Below are positions 16,479 through 25,103 of a stretch of DNA of 43,983 nt, one piece after another. The stretch spans positions 1-43,983 of the IMG/VR virus record IMGVR_UViG_3300037183_000024; one strand, given 5' to 3'. Origin of the DNA: a virus (lineage: Duplodnaviria > Caudoviricetes). The notes below the pieces were generated by a model, which was not told the origin of the DNA, did not search any database, and worked only from the letters and a program-made list of their open reading frames with translations. The translations under genes were made by a program, and so were the position numbers. How positions within the stretch are numbered: position 1 is the first letter of the stretch; each line of letters begins with the position of its first letter.

Positions 16479-18185
16479 ATGGAACCGCTTTTTCCCGTGC
16501 TGCCCGACGATCTCACCGATCCGTCGGTCAGCGATGAGCAGCTCGCTTCGCTCGTCGAGGAGCACCTTGCAGCCCAGCGGCTGATCCGCGCCAACGACTC
16601 CGACTTCCTCGGTGATCTCAGCGCCTCGCAGATCATCGAGCAGGCCACCGCAGGCAAGAACCAGCTTGCCGCGATCCGCGCCGAGCAGGCCACCCGCCTC
16701 ACGGCGATCGAGAACTACGACACCGTCATCGACGACCTCACCGCCGACGCGGCAGCCCTGGAGGACACGGGCGACGCAGGCGCCGACGCAGACGCAGACG
16801 CAGACGCGGATGCAGACGCCGAAGAGGAAGCCGATGCCGACGCAGATACAGACGCGGATGCCGACGCAGGCGACCTCGCCGCAGACGCGGTGACCGCAGC
16901 GGCCGTCCGGCGGCCACCCGTGCCGTCCCGCGACCGCAAGGGCCGCCAGGCGTCCGACGAGCCGCAGGGGGCCTTCCTGACCGCCTCGGCCGATGTCGGC
17001 ACGATCAAGGCAGGCGACGCCCTCGACCCATCGTCCTTCTCGAAGGCGATGCTGGAGAAGGCACGCAGGCTCGGTAAGCCCGCGAAGAGTCGCGGCGGCA
17101 CCGAGGAGAAGTACCTCCTCGCGTCGGCCACCTACGACTACCCGGAGGAGCGGCGCCTCACAAACGATGTCGAGGCGAACTCGCGCAAGATCCGCAACCT
17201 CCGCAACACCGAGGGGCAGCCGCTCCTCGCGTCGGGCGGTATCTGCGCCCCGGCAACCAACATCTACTCGATCCCGCAGTTCGCGGTCACGTCGCGCCCG
17301 GTGCGCGACGCCCTGATCTCGTTCCAGGCGGATCGAGGGGCGGTCAACGTCCCGGTGCCGACCACGCTCGCTTCCGCCTCGGGCGCGATCACGGTCATCA
17401 CCGAGGCCAACGACGCGCTCGGCGGCACGTTCGCGACGAAGAGCTGCCTCGATCAGACGTGTCTCTCGTTCGTCGAGACGGCCGTCACGATCATCAGCCA
17501 CTGCCGCGAGTACGGCAACCTGAACGCCCGCTCGTGGCCCGAGTCGGTCACGTTCGAGAACGAGCTGACGATGGCGGAGCACGCCCGCGTCGCGGAGGGC
17601 TACCTCCTCGATCGCATCAAGGCGCTCTCGCTCAACGTCACGTCCCCGGATGTCTACAGCTCGATCTGGGATCTGATCTACGCGATCACCCGGACCGTGT
17701 CGAGCATCCGCTACATCCTCCGCTCCGGTGACAGCGTCCGCTTCCGCGCGCTGCTCCCGAGCTGGGTGCCGGACATGCTCGTCGCCGATCAGGCGGGCGC
17801 GCAGTTCGACCGCTTCATCACCCGGCAGCGGGCGGTGCAGATCCTCCGAGACGCAGGCGTCGAGCCGAGCTTCTACCTCGATACCCCGTCGACGGGTCTG
17901 AGCCAGGGCTTCGCGAACGAGACGGCGTCGGCGATCGACGACTTCCCGGATGCGATCCAGTTCGCCCTCTTCGCCGAGGGATCGTTCATCCACGTCGACG
18001 GCGGGTCGCTCGAACTGGGCCTCGTCCGCGACTCCACTCTGAACTCGACCAACGACTTCCAGATGTTCGGGGAGACGTTCGAGAACGTGGCACTTCTGGC
18101 ACCGGCTCAGGCCGCACGCTGGATCACCGCCACGGTCTGCCCGTCGGGCGAGTTCCCGGCGCTGACGACCGCGCTGGCCTGCTAA
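16479..18185 (+). CDS. Major capsid protein with N-terminal scaffold-like region
   Basis: Helical acidic N-terminus, then 'LLASGGICAP..NIY', 'PVRDAL..FQADRG', 'K.C', 'GNLNARSWPE', 'LELGLVRDSTLNSTNDFQMF.ETFE'. Confidence 0.9.
   Translation: MEPLFPVLPDDLTDPSVSDEQLASLVEEHLAAQRLIRANDSDFLGDLSASQIIEQATAGKNQLAAIRAEQATRLTAIENYDTVIDDLTADAAALEDTGDAGADADADADADADAEEEADADADTDADADAGDLAADAVTAAAVRRPPVPSRDRKGRQASDEPQGAFLTASADVGTIKAGDALDPSSFSKAMLEKARRLGKPAKSRGGTEEKYLLASATYDYPEERRLTNDVEANSRKIRNLRNTEGQPLLASGGICAPATNIYSIPQFAVTSRPVRDALISFQADRGAVNVPVPTTLASASGAITVITEANDALGGTFATKSCLDQTCLSFVETAVTIISHCREYGNLNARSWPESVTFENELTMAEHARVAEGYLLDRIKALSLNVTSPDVYSSIWDLIYAITRTVSSIRYILRSGDSVRFRALLPSWVPDMLVADQAGAQFDRFITRQRAVQILRDAGVEPSFYLDTPSTGLSQGFANETASAIDDFPDAIQFALFAEGSFIHVDGGSLELGLVRDSTLNSTNDFQMFGETFENVALLAPAQAARWITATVCPSGEFPALTTALAC
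16773..16890 (+). repeat. (Asp-Ala)n low-complexity linker (GACGCA repeats) in the capsid gene
   Basis: DAGADADADADADADAEEEADADADTDADADAG. Confidence 0.85.
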
Positions 18186-18215
18186 CCCGCTAACCCGCTG
18201 AAAGGAGGCTGAGAG

Positions 18216-19058
18216 ATGCCAACAATGGGACCGCCGCTCTCTCTTGATGGGCCGCTGCCCGTTGCGCCATCGCACAGCCTCCTGGCGACTGCGACCATCG
18301 TCCCCTCCGGCTCCGACAGGTTCGGGGTCGGGGGGGTCGTGTGGCCGTATCCGCCAGGGCTGCCGAAGACCTGGGCACCCTGCTCAACGGGGACGTTCAG
18401 GACGAAGGCCGACGCCGACGGGTGGGACCTGCCGGAGTTCAACTCCTTCACGGTCTATCTCCCGATCACCTGCTCGTCGATCACCGCCCACTCGGACGGC
18501 TTCGAGGATCGAGTTCGTCTCGCCCTCGCAGCAACCGAGAGCTTCGCGGTGGCACGCGAGCTGTCCCGAGGCACCGCCGACCCGCTCAACCCGTTCCTCT
18601 GCGATGCGAACCTCGCGATCCTCGCTGCCGGTGCTGCCGTCACGCCGGACGTGGGCCTCTCGTACCTGGAGGACGCGATCGGGGCGACGGGCAAGCAGGG
18701 CGTGATCCTGACGACGCCCGCGGTTGGGTCCTCGTTCAACGGCTCGGGCGGGTACGGCCTCGACTCGAAGTCGGGGAGGCTCACAACGACCGCGAACGGC
18801 ACGCCCGTCGCGCTCGATGGGGGCTTCATCGGAGCCTCGCCCTCGCTGCACGCCCCGCTCGTCGCGGGACAGGCGTGGGCGTTCGCTACCGGCCCGATCC
18901 AGGTCAGGCGCAACGTGGACATCACGATCATCCCGGGCGAGATCGCCCAGGCGACCGATCGGGCAATCAACGAGGTCACCTTCTACGCAGAGCGTGACTA
19001 CCTCGTGACCTGGGACACGGCCCTCCAGGCTGCCGTACTCGTGGACTGGACCCCGTGA
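18216..19058 (+). CDS. Virion structural protein (minor capsid/decoration-like)
   Basis: Directly after the capsid gene with an AAGGAGG RBS; 'ESFAVAREL', 'LEDAIG...GVI', 'T..GTPV...GF', 'W.FATGP', 'N....AER'. Confidence 0.7.
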   Translation: MPTMGPPLSLDGPLPVAPSHSLLATATIVPSGSDRFGVGGVVWPYPPGLPKTWAPCSTGTFRTKADADGWDLPEFNSFTVYLPITCSSITAHSDGFEDRVRLALAATESFAVARELSRGTADPLNPFLCDANLAILAAGAAVTPDVGLSYLEDAIGATGKQGVILTTPAVGSSFNGSGGYGLDSKSGRLTTTANGTPVALDGGFIGASPSLHAPLVAGQAWAFATGPIQVRRNVDITIIPGEIAQATDRAINEVTFYAERDYLVTWDTALQAAVLVDWTP

Positions 19059-19060
19059 TG

Positions 19061-19555
19061 TCAGACGACGTGTTTCCAAATCGTCCTGGCACGAACTTGG
19101 TAGACCAGGGAGGCGCTGACGCCAAGTGCTTTGGCCCAGTCCTCGGCACTCACGACGCCCGCTCGGATCGCGCGGACGGAGTCGCCGTCGAGTTTGAGGG
19201 CAAGGGAGTAGCGCGTGTGCTCCGTTGGCGTGACGGGAATCAAGTGCGCCTCGTTCACGCACTGGGTTACCTCGCAGAGATGGTGAAGCTCCTTCCCCTC
19301 GGGGATCGGGCCAACCCGCACCTCGTAGACGACTCGGTGGGCACCGACGTACTTCCCGCCGTGGTAGAGGCGTCCGTACCTGCCGCCTCGCTCACCAGTG
19401 TTGAGCGGCCCCGTCCAGTAGTGGCACGGGGTTGTGAATCCCATGTCTCGCGGCTCCCATTGCGAGATTTTCGATTCGACCGTGACCTTGCGGGGAACGT
19501 GGCGCGGCGAGTAGAGAGCTGGCTCTCCGCACCCACACACGCAAAGGGCTTCCAC
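19061..19555 (-). CDS. HNH homing endonuclease
   Basis: 'CHYWTG...YG...AHRVVYE...GPIPEG.ELHHLC....CVN.AHL..VT..EH'; N-terminal CxCGCG and C-terminal HTH-like segment. Confidence 0.9.
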   Translation of the reverse strand: MEALCVCGCGEPALYSPRHVPRKVTVESKISQWEPRDMGFTTPCHYWTGPLNTGERGGRYGRLYHGGKYVGAHRVVYEVRVGPIPEGKELHHLCEVTQCVNEAHLIPVTPTEHTRYSLALKLDGDSVRAIRAGVVSAEDWAKALGVSASLVYQVRARTIWKHVV

Positions 19556-19609
19556 GGCCCGAGTCTACACAACTGGACGCCGTAGGCATCCCGGAAGGAG
19601 GAAAGGCTC

Positions 19610-20302
19610 ATGGCACAGCGACAGACACCTTGCGGGATCTCTCTTGGGGTATGCCGCCTGCGTGTGACGAAGATCGACCCGACCTCGGGCTGCGTGCTTT
19701 CCGAGGCCGACAACGGGTTCGTGCTGGAGGACATCATCTCGGTGGCGGTCGCCCCGAGTGTCGAAACCGGCACCGACACGACTCTGATCGGCGGCTGCGG
19801 CTGCAAGATCGCCACGTACAAGGCTCAGGACATCCTCAAGCGGTACGACCTGACCCTGACGACGCCGCTGAAGTCGGCGGCCCTGGAGAGCCTCCTCACC
19901 GACGGTGGGGTGCTCTACGACAACTCGGCCCACCCCGTTCCCGTCGGTTACTCGTTCCCGACCGACATCGCCTGCGACTCGCAGGTTCCGGTCGCGGTCG
20001 AGTTCTGGACGAAGAACTGGGTCGACGACGCCCAGGACGGCACGCTCCCCTGGATTCACTGGGTGTTCCCATACACCCTCTGGACGCCAGGCCCGCAGAC
20101 CGTCAACAACGACTTCTCGCAGCCGGACTTCGTCGGGTTCACCCGCTCGAACGACTGCTGGGGAGACGGCCCTTACGGCGACGGCCCCGAGAGCACCTAC
20201 GGAGCTTCGTCGTTCTCGCTGGCGACCGGCGGCTGGTTCTACACGCCGACCGATCCGCCCGCCGCGACATGCGACTTCAGGACAGTCGCGCCCGCGAGCT
20301 AA
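19610..20302 (+). CDS. Major tail (tube) protein
   Basis: AGGAGG RBS; 'RLRVTKID..GC', 'P.VETG', 'LKRYDLTL', 'AVEFWTK', 'W.DGPY' actinophage tail-tube pattern. Confidence 0.75.
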   Translation: MAQRQTPCGISLGVCRLRVTKIDPTSGCVLSEADNGFVLEDIISVAVAPSVETGTDTTLIGGCGCKIATYKAQDILKRYDLTLTTPLKSAALESLLTDGGVLYDNSAHPVPVGYSFPTDIACDSQVPVAVEFWTKNWVDDAQDGTLPWIHWVFPYTLWTPGPQTVNNDFSQPDFVGFTRSNDCWGDGPYGDGPESTYGASSFSLATGGWFYTPTDPPAATCDFRTVAPAS

Positions 20303-20343
20303 CCAGCTCGCGGCCCTCGGAAGAAGAAAGGTAGGAACCCGTC

Positions 20344-20856
20344 ATGGCAGCCAAGACGTATGCGGTGATGAACGGAGCCGCTCCGGGTGCTGCCGCGCCT
20401 GTCGCGATCACGACAGGTACGGCGATCAAGACGATGATCCAGCTCGCCACGAACACGACGACCCCGGCAATCCGGTTCGTCGAGTGGTGGGTCGAGTTCG
20501 ACGGCTCCACGGCCGCTACCCCGATCAAGGTCGAGCTGGTCCGCCACACGGGCGGCCCGCAGACGACCCTGACCGCTTACGCGGCGACGGACATCGCGAA
20601 GGTGAACGACCCGAACGCACCCGCGTCGAGCATCCAGCTCGGTACGGCGCTCTCGGGCTTCTCCAACACCACGACCGAGGTCACGCCGACCACGGCCGTC
20701 TCGCTGGAGACGCACTTCGTTCCCCCGACTTCGGGCATCTACGTCCAGTTCCCGCTGGGCCGTGAGCCGGAGGTCGCGGTGTCGACGTTCGCACGCATCC
20801 GCACCACGGCAGGGGCCGCGGTCAACTGCTACGCCGGGCTGATGTGGGAGGAGTAA
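20344..20856 (+). CDS. Virion-associated beta-rich protein
   Basis: Thr/Ala-rich, jelly-roll-like pattern ending 'WEE'; within the tail module. Confidence 0.6.
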   Translation: MAAKTYAVMNGAAPGAAAPVAITTGTAIKTMIQLATNTTTPAIRFVEWWVEFDGSTAATPIKVELVRHTGGPQTTLTAYAATDIAKVNDPNAPASSIQLGTALSGFSNTTTEVTPTTAVSLETHFVPPTSGIYVQFPLGREPEVAVSTFARIRTTAGAAVNCYAGLMWEE

Positions 20857-20891
20857 TCTTCTCCCTCTAGGCAGTACGGAGAACGATGGCG

Positions 20892-20926
20892 GACGGTGGC
20901 CCCCAGCAATGGGGGCCGCCGTCGTT
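20892..20926 (+). terminator. 14-bp hairpin with GCAA tetraloop
   Basis: GACGGTGGCCCCCA-GCAA-TGGGGGCCGCCGTC followed by GTTAGT; weak U-tract. Confidence 0.5.
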
Positions 20927-20941
20927 AGTAGGCTCATAGCG

Positions 20942-21643
20942 ATGGGCCAACAGGCTTACCGGGCGGCGGTGCTGGCGGATGGGCCTCGTGCCTACTACGA
21001 CTGCCAGGATCTCTCGGGGCTGCTCCAGGACACGTCGGGCAACGGCCTCCACATGACCTCGTCGTCCGGGTCGCCTGTCTATCGAAGGCCAGGCCCGGAT
21101 CAGATGGATGGTGCGTACTCGATCAAGATGGACGGGGCGAGCTTCTCGCGTTCGCAGATCACGGGCAACACCGACTTCATCACCTTCGAGTTTTGGTACC
21201 GACCGTCGCCGCTCGACGCCTCGAACCACACGCTCGTCGGCAACAACAACGGCGGCACGAACGGCTACCAGCTCATCACGCCGTCGTCGGGCCACTTCGC
21301 CTGGGTGCTCCAGGGGCTGTCGATCCTGTCGAGCAACTCGACGCTGATGACCGTCGGGGCGTCGTACTACATCGTCGCGACGCGCAACACGACGTGGCGC
21401 TACTACATCAACGCGAACTTCGACGGCGCCCCCGCGGCGACCGACCCGATCGCTCCGTCGGGCGGCACAACGTCGATCAACGGCAACGCCAACGGGACAT
21501 ACGAGATCAGCAACTTTGCGTTCTACCTCTCCGAGCTGTCGGCGGCGCAGGTCACCGCGCATTACGCAGCAGCGCAGACGCCCGAGTCGAGCGGCTACCC
21601 GATCTCGATGCCGCCCCACATCGGCGGCTTCGGGGCCTGTTAG
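20942..21643 (+). CDS. LamG/concanavalin-A-like domain protein
   Basis: 'Y..AVLADGP.AYY', 'D.SGNGLH', 'ITFEFW.R', 'YIVATR...YIN', 'AFY..ELSAAQV.AHY'. Start set by TAGGCT -10 7 nt upstream. Confidence 0.8.
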   Translation: MGQQAYRAAVLADGPRAYYDCQDLSGLLQDTSGNGLHMTSSSGSPVYRRPGPDQMDGAYSIKMDGASFSRSQITGNTDFITFEFWYRPSPLDASNHTLVGNNNGGTNGYQLITPSSGHFAWVLQGLSILSSNSTLMTVGASYYIVATRNTTWRYYINANFDGAPAATDPIAPSGGTTSINGNANGTYEISNFAFYLSELSAAQVTAHYAAAQTPESSGYPISMPPHIGGFGAC

Positions 21644-21652
21644 GCTCCGCTG

Positions 21653-21901
21653 ATGGCGCTGAAGATCGTCGGCCGCTCGCCCCGCGTTTCGGAGCACCGG
21701 ATCGGGGCGGCTGATGCGAAGCACGCGACGATGCAGTGCTCGGCGTGCAAGAAGAACTGCTTCGTCACGTTCCCGTTCGGCGGCACGGTCGAGGCGCGTC
21801 AGGCCGTGATGCGTGCCGCCCTCGACGAGCACCGCCGGGTCTGCACCGCGGGTCGCGCAGAGGACAGGCGCACCTACGAGATCCAGTACGGCCGCGCCTA
21901 G
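21653..21901 (+). CDS. Hypothetical Cys/His protein
   Basis: CSAC...HRRVC; TAGGCT 6 nt upstream of the ATG. Confidence 0.6.
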   Translation: MALKIVGRSPRVSEHRIGAADAKHATMQCSACKKNCFVTFPFGGTVEARQAVMRAALDEHRRVCTAGRAEDRRTYEIQYGRA

Positions 21902-21932
21902 TCCGTCCGACCCGTCGTACTATAGTTCCCGC

Positions 21933-22451
21933 GTGCTCGACCCCCTCCACGATCTCAAGCAAGGCTCGTTCGGCGGGGAGCCATGCGCTCAGGTCTGGGC
22001 CGACTTCTATCTCTGGGAGGTCGTCCTGAACGAGAACCCGCAGCTCCGCGGGATCGTTGAGCTTGGCACCTGGCGGGGCGGCTTCACCCGTTACCTGCAC
22101 GCGCAGGCGACCGTCCGCTGGGAGGAACCGATCTTCAAGAGCTACGACATCTTCGAGCCTGCGGTCGCCGTGCCGGGCTTCGAGAAGCTCGACATCTACC
22201 GTTACGCCGACCGCGTCAAGGGGTTTCTGGGCACCCTCGATGCCCCGGTCGCCCTCTTCTGCGACGGAGGCAACAAGCCCCGCGAGCTGGCGACCTTCCC
22301 CGCTTCGCTGCCCGAACGCTCGGTCGTGATCGTTCACGACTGGGGCACCGAGACGCTGCTCGACGATGTGCCGGACAACCTCGTCGAGTGCTACGGCGAG
22401 CTGTGCGACTCGATCCACTCGATGTCGCGCGTCTTCACGGTGGTCCTGTGA
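21933..22451 (+). CDS. Class I SAM methyltransferase (Methyltransf_24/CmcI-like)
   Basis: 'IVELGTWRGG', 'SYDI', 'LFCDGG', 'VIVHDW'; leaderless after CCGTCCG-N11-TATAGT (21903-21926). Confidence 0.8.
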   Translation: MLDPLHDLKQGSFGGEPCAQVWADFYLWEVVLNENPQLRGIVELGTWRGGFTRYLHAQATVRWEEPIFKSYDIFEPAVAVPGFEKLDIYRYADRVKGFLGTLDAPVALFCDGGNKPRELATFPASLPERSVVIVHDWGTETLLDDVPDNLVECYGELCDSIHSMSRVFTVVL

Positions 22452-22651
22452 TCGTTCGACGCGAGACGATGCAGAGGCTGCGCGCCGCCGCGATCACGCC
22501 CGAGCGTGCGCCGATGCCCCGCTCGCGGATGTTCCCGACGACGGGCGGCCGGGTGCTCGACCTGGAGCTGGAGCTGGAGCGCGTCCGTTCCGCGCTGCGC
22601 GAGGCGCTCGCGATCATCGACATCTGCGACGCGGAGGATCGAGATGGCTGA
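22448..22651 (+). CDS. Hypothetical protein
   Basis: GTGA coupling; coiled-coil C-terminus. Confidence 0.5.
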   Translation: MIVRRETMQRLRAAAITPERAPMPRSRMFPTTGGRVLDLELELERVRSALREALAIIDICDAEDRDG

Positions 22652-22919
22652 GAAGACCCTGCACTGGTACGCCTCCGTCCGCAGCACCCTGCGCTTCGGG
22701 ATGGACACGATCTATCTCGGGCAGCACCCCGGCTATCAGGGGGCCGAGCTTCGGTGGTCGGTCATGCTTTCGGAGGCGCGAGACAGGTTCGACATGAACG
22801 GCTTCTTCCTGCTCGACGCCCCGCCCGAGGCGCCTGGCCGCAGGGTCTGGATCGCGGTCAGCGAGATCTGCTTCGTCTCGTTCTTCCCTCGGCAGGCAGG
22901 CCCCGAGAATGCCTCCTAA
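22644..22919 (+). CDS. Hypothetical protein
   Basis: GGAGG RBS; overlaps both neighbours. Confidence 0.55.
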   Translation: MAEKTLHWYASVRSTLRFGMDTIYLGQHPGYQGAELRWSVMLSEARDRFDMNGFFLLDAPPEAPGRRVWIAVSEICFVSFFPRQAGPENAS

Positions 22920-24084
22920 GTTCCGTGGCGCGCATGTCCTGATCGGGATCATCGCGAACGACGCCGCGCGCTTCTCTGAGTTTGCGGCATGCGTCACGAA
23001 CCTCGATGTCCCGCCGGGCAACCGGATCGAATGGGTGATCGGAGGGGACTGGTGCGGGGCGCGCAACGCGCTCGCCCAGATGTGCGTCGACGACGGCTAC
23101 ACACACCTGTGGTTCATGGACGACGACCACGCCTTCGCGCCCGACATCCTGATGAAGCTGCTCCGTCACGACCAGCCTCTCGTCAACCCGATCTGCTTCA
23201 CCCGCACCTGGCCGTTCCAGCCGGTCACCTATGTCGAGGAGGGCGCGCTCGACCTCGCCTCGGTGCCCGACCGCGGCCTGGTGGAACTGCACGCGGGAGG
23301 CTGCGCCGGGATGCTGATCCAGCGCGACGTGCTGATCGACATCGACCGCCAGTTCCCCAACACGCCCTGGTTCGAGTATTCCGAGAAGAGCGAGGACGTG
23401 CTCTTCTGCGAGAAGGCGAAGGAGTGCGGCTACACGCTGTACGGCGACCTGGAGGCCCGGCTGGGGCACATCACGACCGCGGTGGTCTGGCCGTCGTTCA
23501 ACCCGGAGCACGGGTGGATGACCGGCCTGACGATCGGCAAGGACATGCAGGTGCAGATCCCGCTGACCGCCGACCTCGTCAACAACAACATCAAGCGGAT
23601 CGAGGTTCCCTTCGACGAGGACATCCCGATCGAGGAGCCGCCCCCGATCGGGCCGATCGTGGGCTACGCCGACCCGACGCTCAATGACGAGCCGATCGTC
23701 GAGGCGGAGCTGACGCAGGCCAATGAGTTCGGTGTGCCAGACCCGTGCAACATCTGCGGGCAGCAGTCGACGTGGCGCGACATGCACGGTCAACAGGGAT
23801 GCGGCCTCCATCCGCCCGACCACGAGGCGTGGGCGACCTTCTACGAGCGCGCCGAGATGTGGCTCGACCCGACCGACAACCGCTGGTACTTCCGCCTGCT
23901 TCGCGGCGACGGCTCGATCGCCGAGCGTTCGGCGCAGGGGTACACGCAGGAGGCGGAGCTGGTCAACCTGCTCTCGGTCCTCTACCCGTCGGTCGACGTG
24001 TTTCACATTCCTGACGAACTGACCAACTCGCGTGCGGGTCGCGGTGGCCCGCCCGCCCATCTCTGGAACCGGGAGGCAACCTAG
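22909..24084 (+). CDS. GT2-like glycosyltransferase with C-terminal Zn-finger and DUF1508-like extension
   Basis: 'ARNALA', 'HLWFMDDDH', 'GCAGMLI', 'SEDVLFC', 'LGH'; then CxxC..CxxH and 'WYFRL...G.I...S.QGYT'. Confidence 0.85.
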   Translation: MPPKFRGAHVLIGIIANDAARFSEFAACVTNLDVPPGNRIEWVIGGDWCGARNALAQMCVDDGYTHLWFMDDDHAFAPDILMKLLRHDQPLVNPICFTRTWPFQPVTYVEEGALDLASVPDRGLVELHAGGCAGMLIQRDVLIDIDRQFPNTPWFEYSEKSEDVLFCEKAKECGYTLYGDLEARLGHITTAVVWPSFNPEHGWMTGLTIGKDMQVQIPLTADLVNNNIKRIEVPFDEDIPIEEPPPIGPIVGYADPTLNDEPIVEAELTQANEFGVPDPCNICGQQSTWRDMHGQQGCGLHPPDHEAWATFYERAEMWLDPTDNRWYFRLLRGDGSIAERSAQGYTQEAELVNLLSVLYPSVDVFHIPDELTNSRAGRGGPPAHLWNREAT

Positions 24085-24812
24085 TGTCAGGCCACGTAGG
24101 GATCGTCGCGAACGACTCGGCGAGGTACACGTCTTTCAGCATGTGCCTGACCCAGCTCGCCACCCCCGTCAACACCGGCATCCTCTGGGGGGTCGGCAGC
24201 GACCGTTCGGTCGGGCGCAACAACGTCGTCGAGGCCGCGCTCGACGAGGGTTCCGAATGGGTCTTCTTCCTCGATGACGACCAGGTCTTCCAGCCCGACA
24301 TTCTGCTCCGGCTCCTCGCGACCGGCCAGGACATCGTCGGGGGCCTCTACGTGCAGCGGGGCGCACCCTTCTACCCGATCGCGTACACGTCGATCCTGGA
24401 GGACGGCAGCTACCTCCCGCTCAACCTGGTCAACCATCCGACCTCCGGCCTCGTGCGTGTCGTGGGTCTTGGCACGGGCGGGATGCTGATCCGGGCCGAG
24501 GTCTTCCACGCGCTCTCGGAGGCGGGCTACGACGGCGAATGGTTCACCCACACGACCTTGAAGAGCGAAGACCTGATGTTCTGCGACCGCGCGATTGCCG
24601 CGGGCTTCGAGGTCTACGTCGACCTCGACTGCAAGATGGGCCACGTCGCTCCCGCCTCGGTGATGCCCGCCGTCATCAACGGCGAGTGGCACATCGGCTG
24701 GGTCTTCAACGAGTCGGCGAAGATGCACCAGGCCGTCGGCGAGGTCGCCGTGCCATCACCGATCGTCGGGGCGAAGGGCCTCGACCTGGAAGGAGTGAGA
24801 AATGCCACGTGA
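24084..24812 (+). CDS. GT2-like glycosyltransferase (paralog of the upstream gene)
   Basis: 'GIVANDSARY', 'RNNVV', 'WVFFLDDDQ', 'GTGGMLI', 'SEDLMFC', 'MGH'. Confidence 0.88.
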   Translation: MSGHVGIVANDSARYTSFSMCLTQLATPVNTGILWGVGSDRSVGRNNVVEAALDEGSEWVFFLDDDQVFQPDILLRLLATGQDIVGGLYVQRGAPFYPIAYTSILEDGSYLPLNLVNHPTSGLVRVVGLGTGGMLIRAEVFHALSEAGYDGEWFTHTTLKSEDLMFCDRAIAAGFEVYVDLDCKMGHVAPASVMPAVINGEWHIGWVFNESAKMHQAVGEVAVPSPIVGAKGLDLEGVRNAT

Positions 24813-25071
24813 GATTCGTCTGCTTTCGGTCGGTGTCGGCTCCAAGATGACCCGCCAGCAGGAGTTCGATCCGGCCACGGGTAAGCCGCTGTTCGCAGAG
24901 GACGGCACGCCCGCGATGATGGACGTGCTGGAGCTGGCCTTCGTTGACACGCTCTCGCACGACACCTACGTGGTGCCCCTGACGCCGCAGGGCGTTGAGG
25001 CTGTCGAGAAGGCGCTCAAGCCGATCTCGGGGATCGTCATCCCGCAGCCAGGGATGGTGCCGCGCATCTAG
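24802..25071 (+). CDS. Hypothetical protein
   Basis: AAGGAG RBS; clean ORF. Confidence 0.65.
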   Translation: MPREIRLLSVGVGSKMTRQQEFDPATGKPLFAEDGTPAMMDVLELAFVDTLSHDTYVVPLTPQGVEAVEKALKPISGIVIPQPGMVPRI

Positions 25072-25103
25072 GTGGCTTCCGCAGCTACCGGCAGGATGGA
25101 GCC

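Noticed and set aside
15983-16537. 184-aa + strand ORF upstream of the capsid gene
   Set aside because: Overlaps two promoters and a better-supported minus-strand gene; atypical composition.
16458-18275. 605-aa minus-strand ORF and similar long antisense or alternate-frame ORFs throughout
   Set aside because: Shadows of well-supported + strand genes, expected in high-GC DNA.
19055-19585. 176-aa + strand ORF
   Set aside because: Exactly antisense to a clear HNH endonuclease; no recognisable motifs apart from the duplicated WTP end.
19059-19585. Group I intron or intein around the HNH gene
   Set aside because: The HNH is intergenic and antisense, the flanking genes are intact, and there is no room for an intron core.
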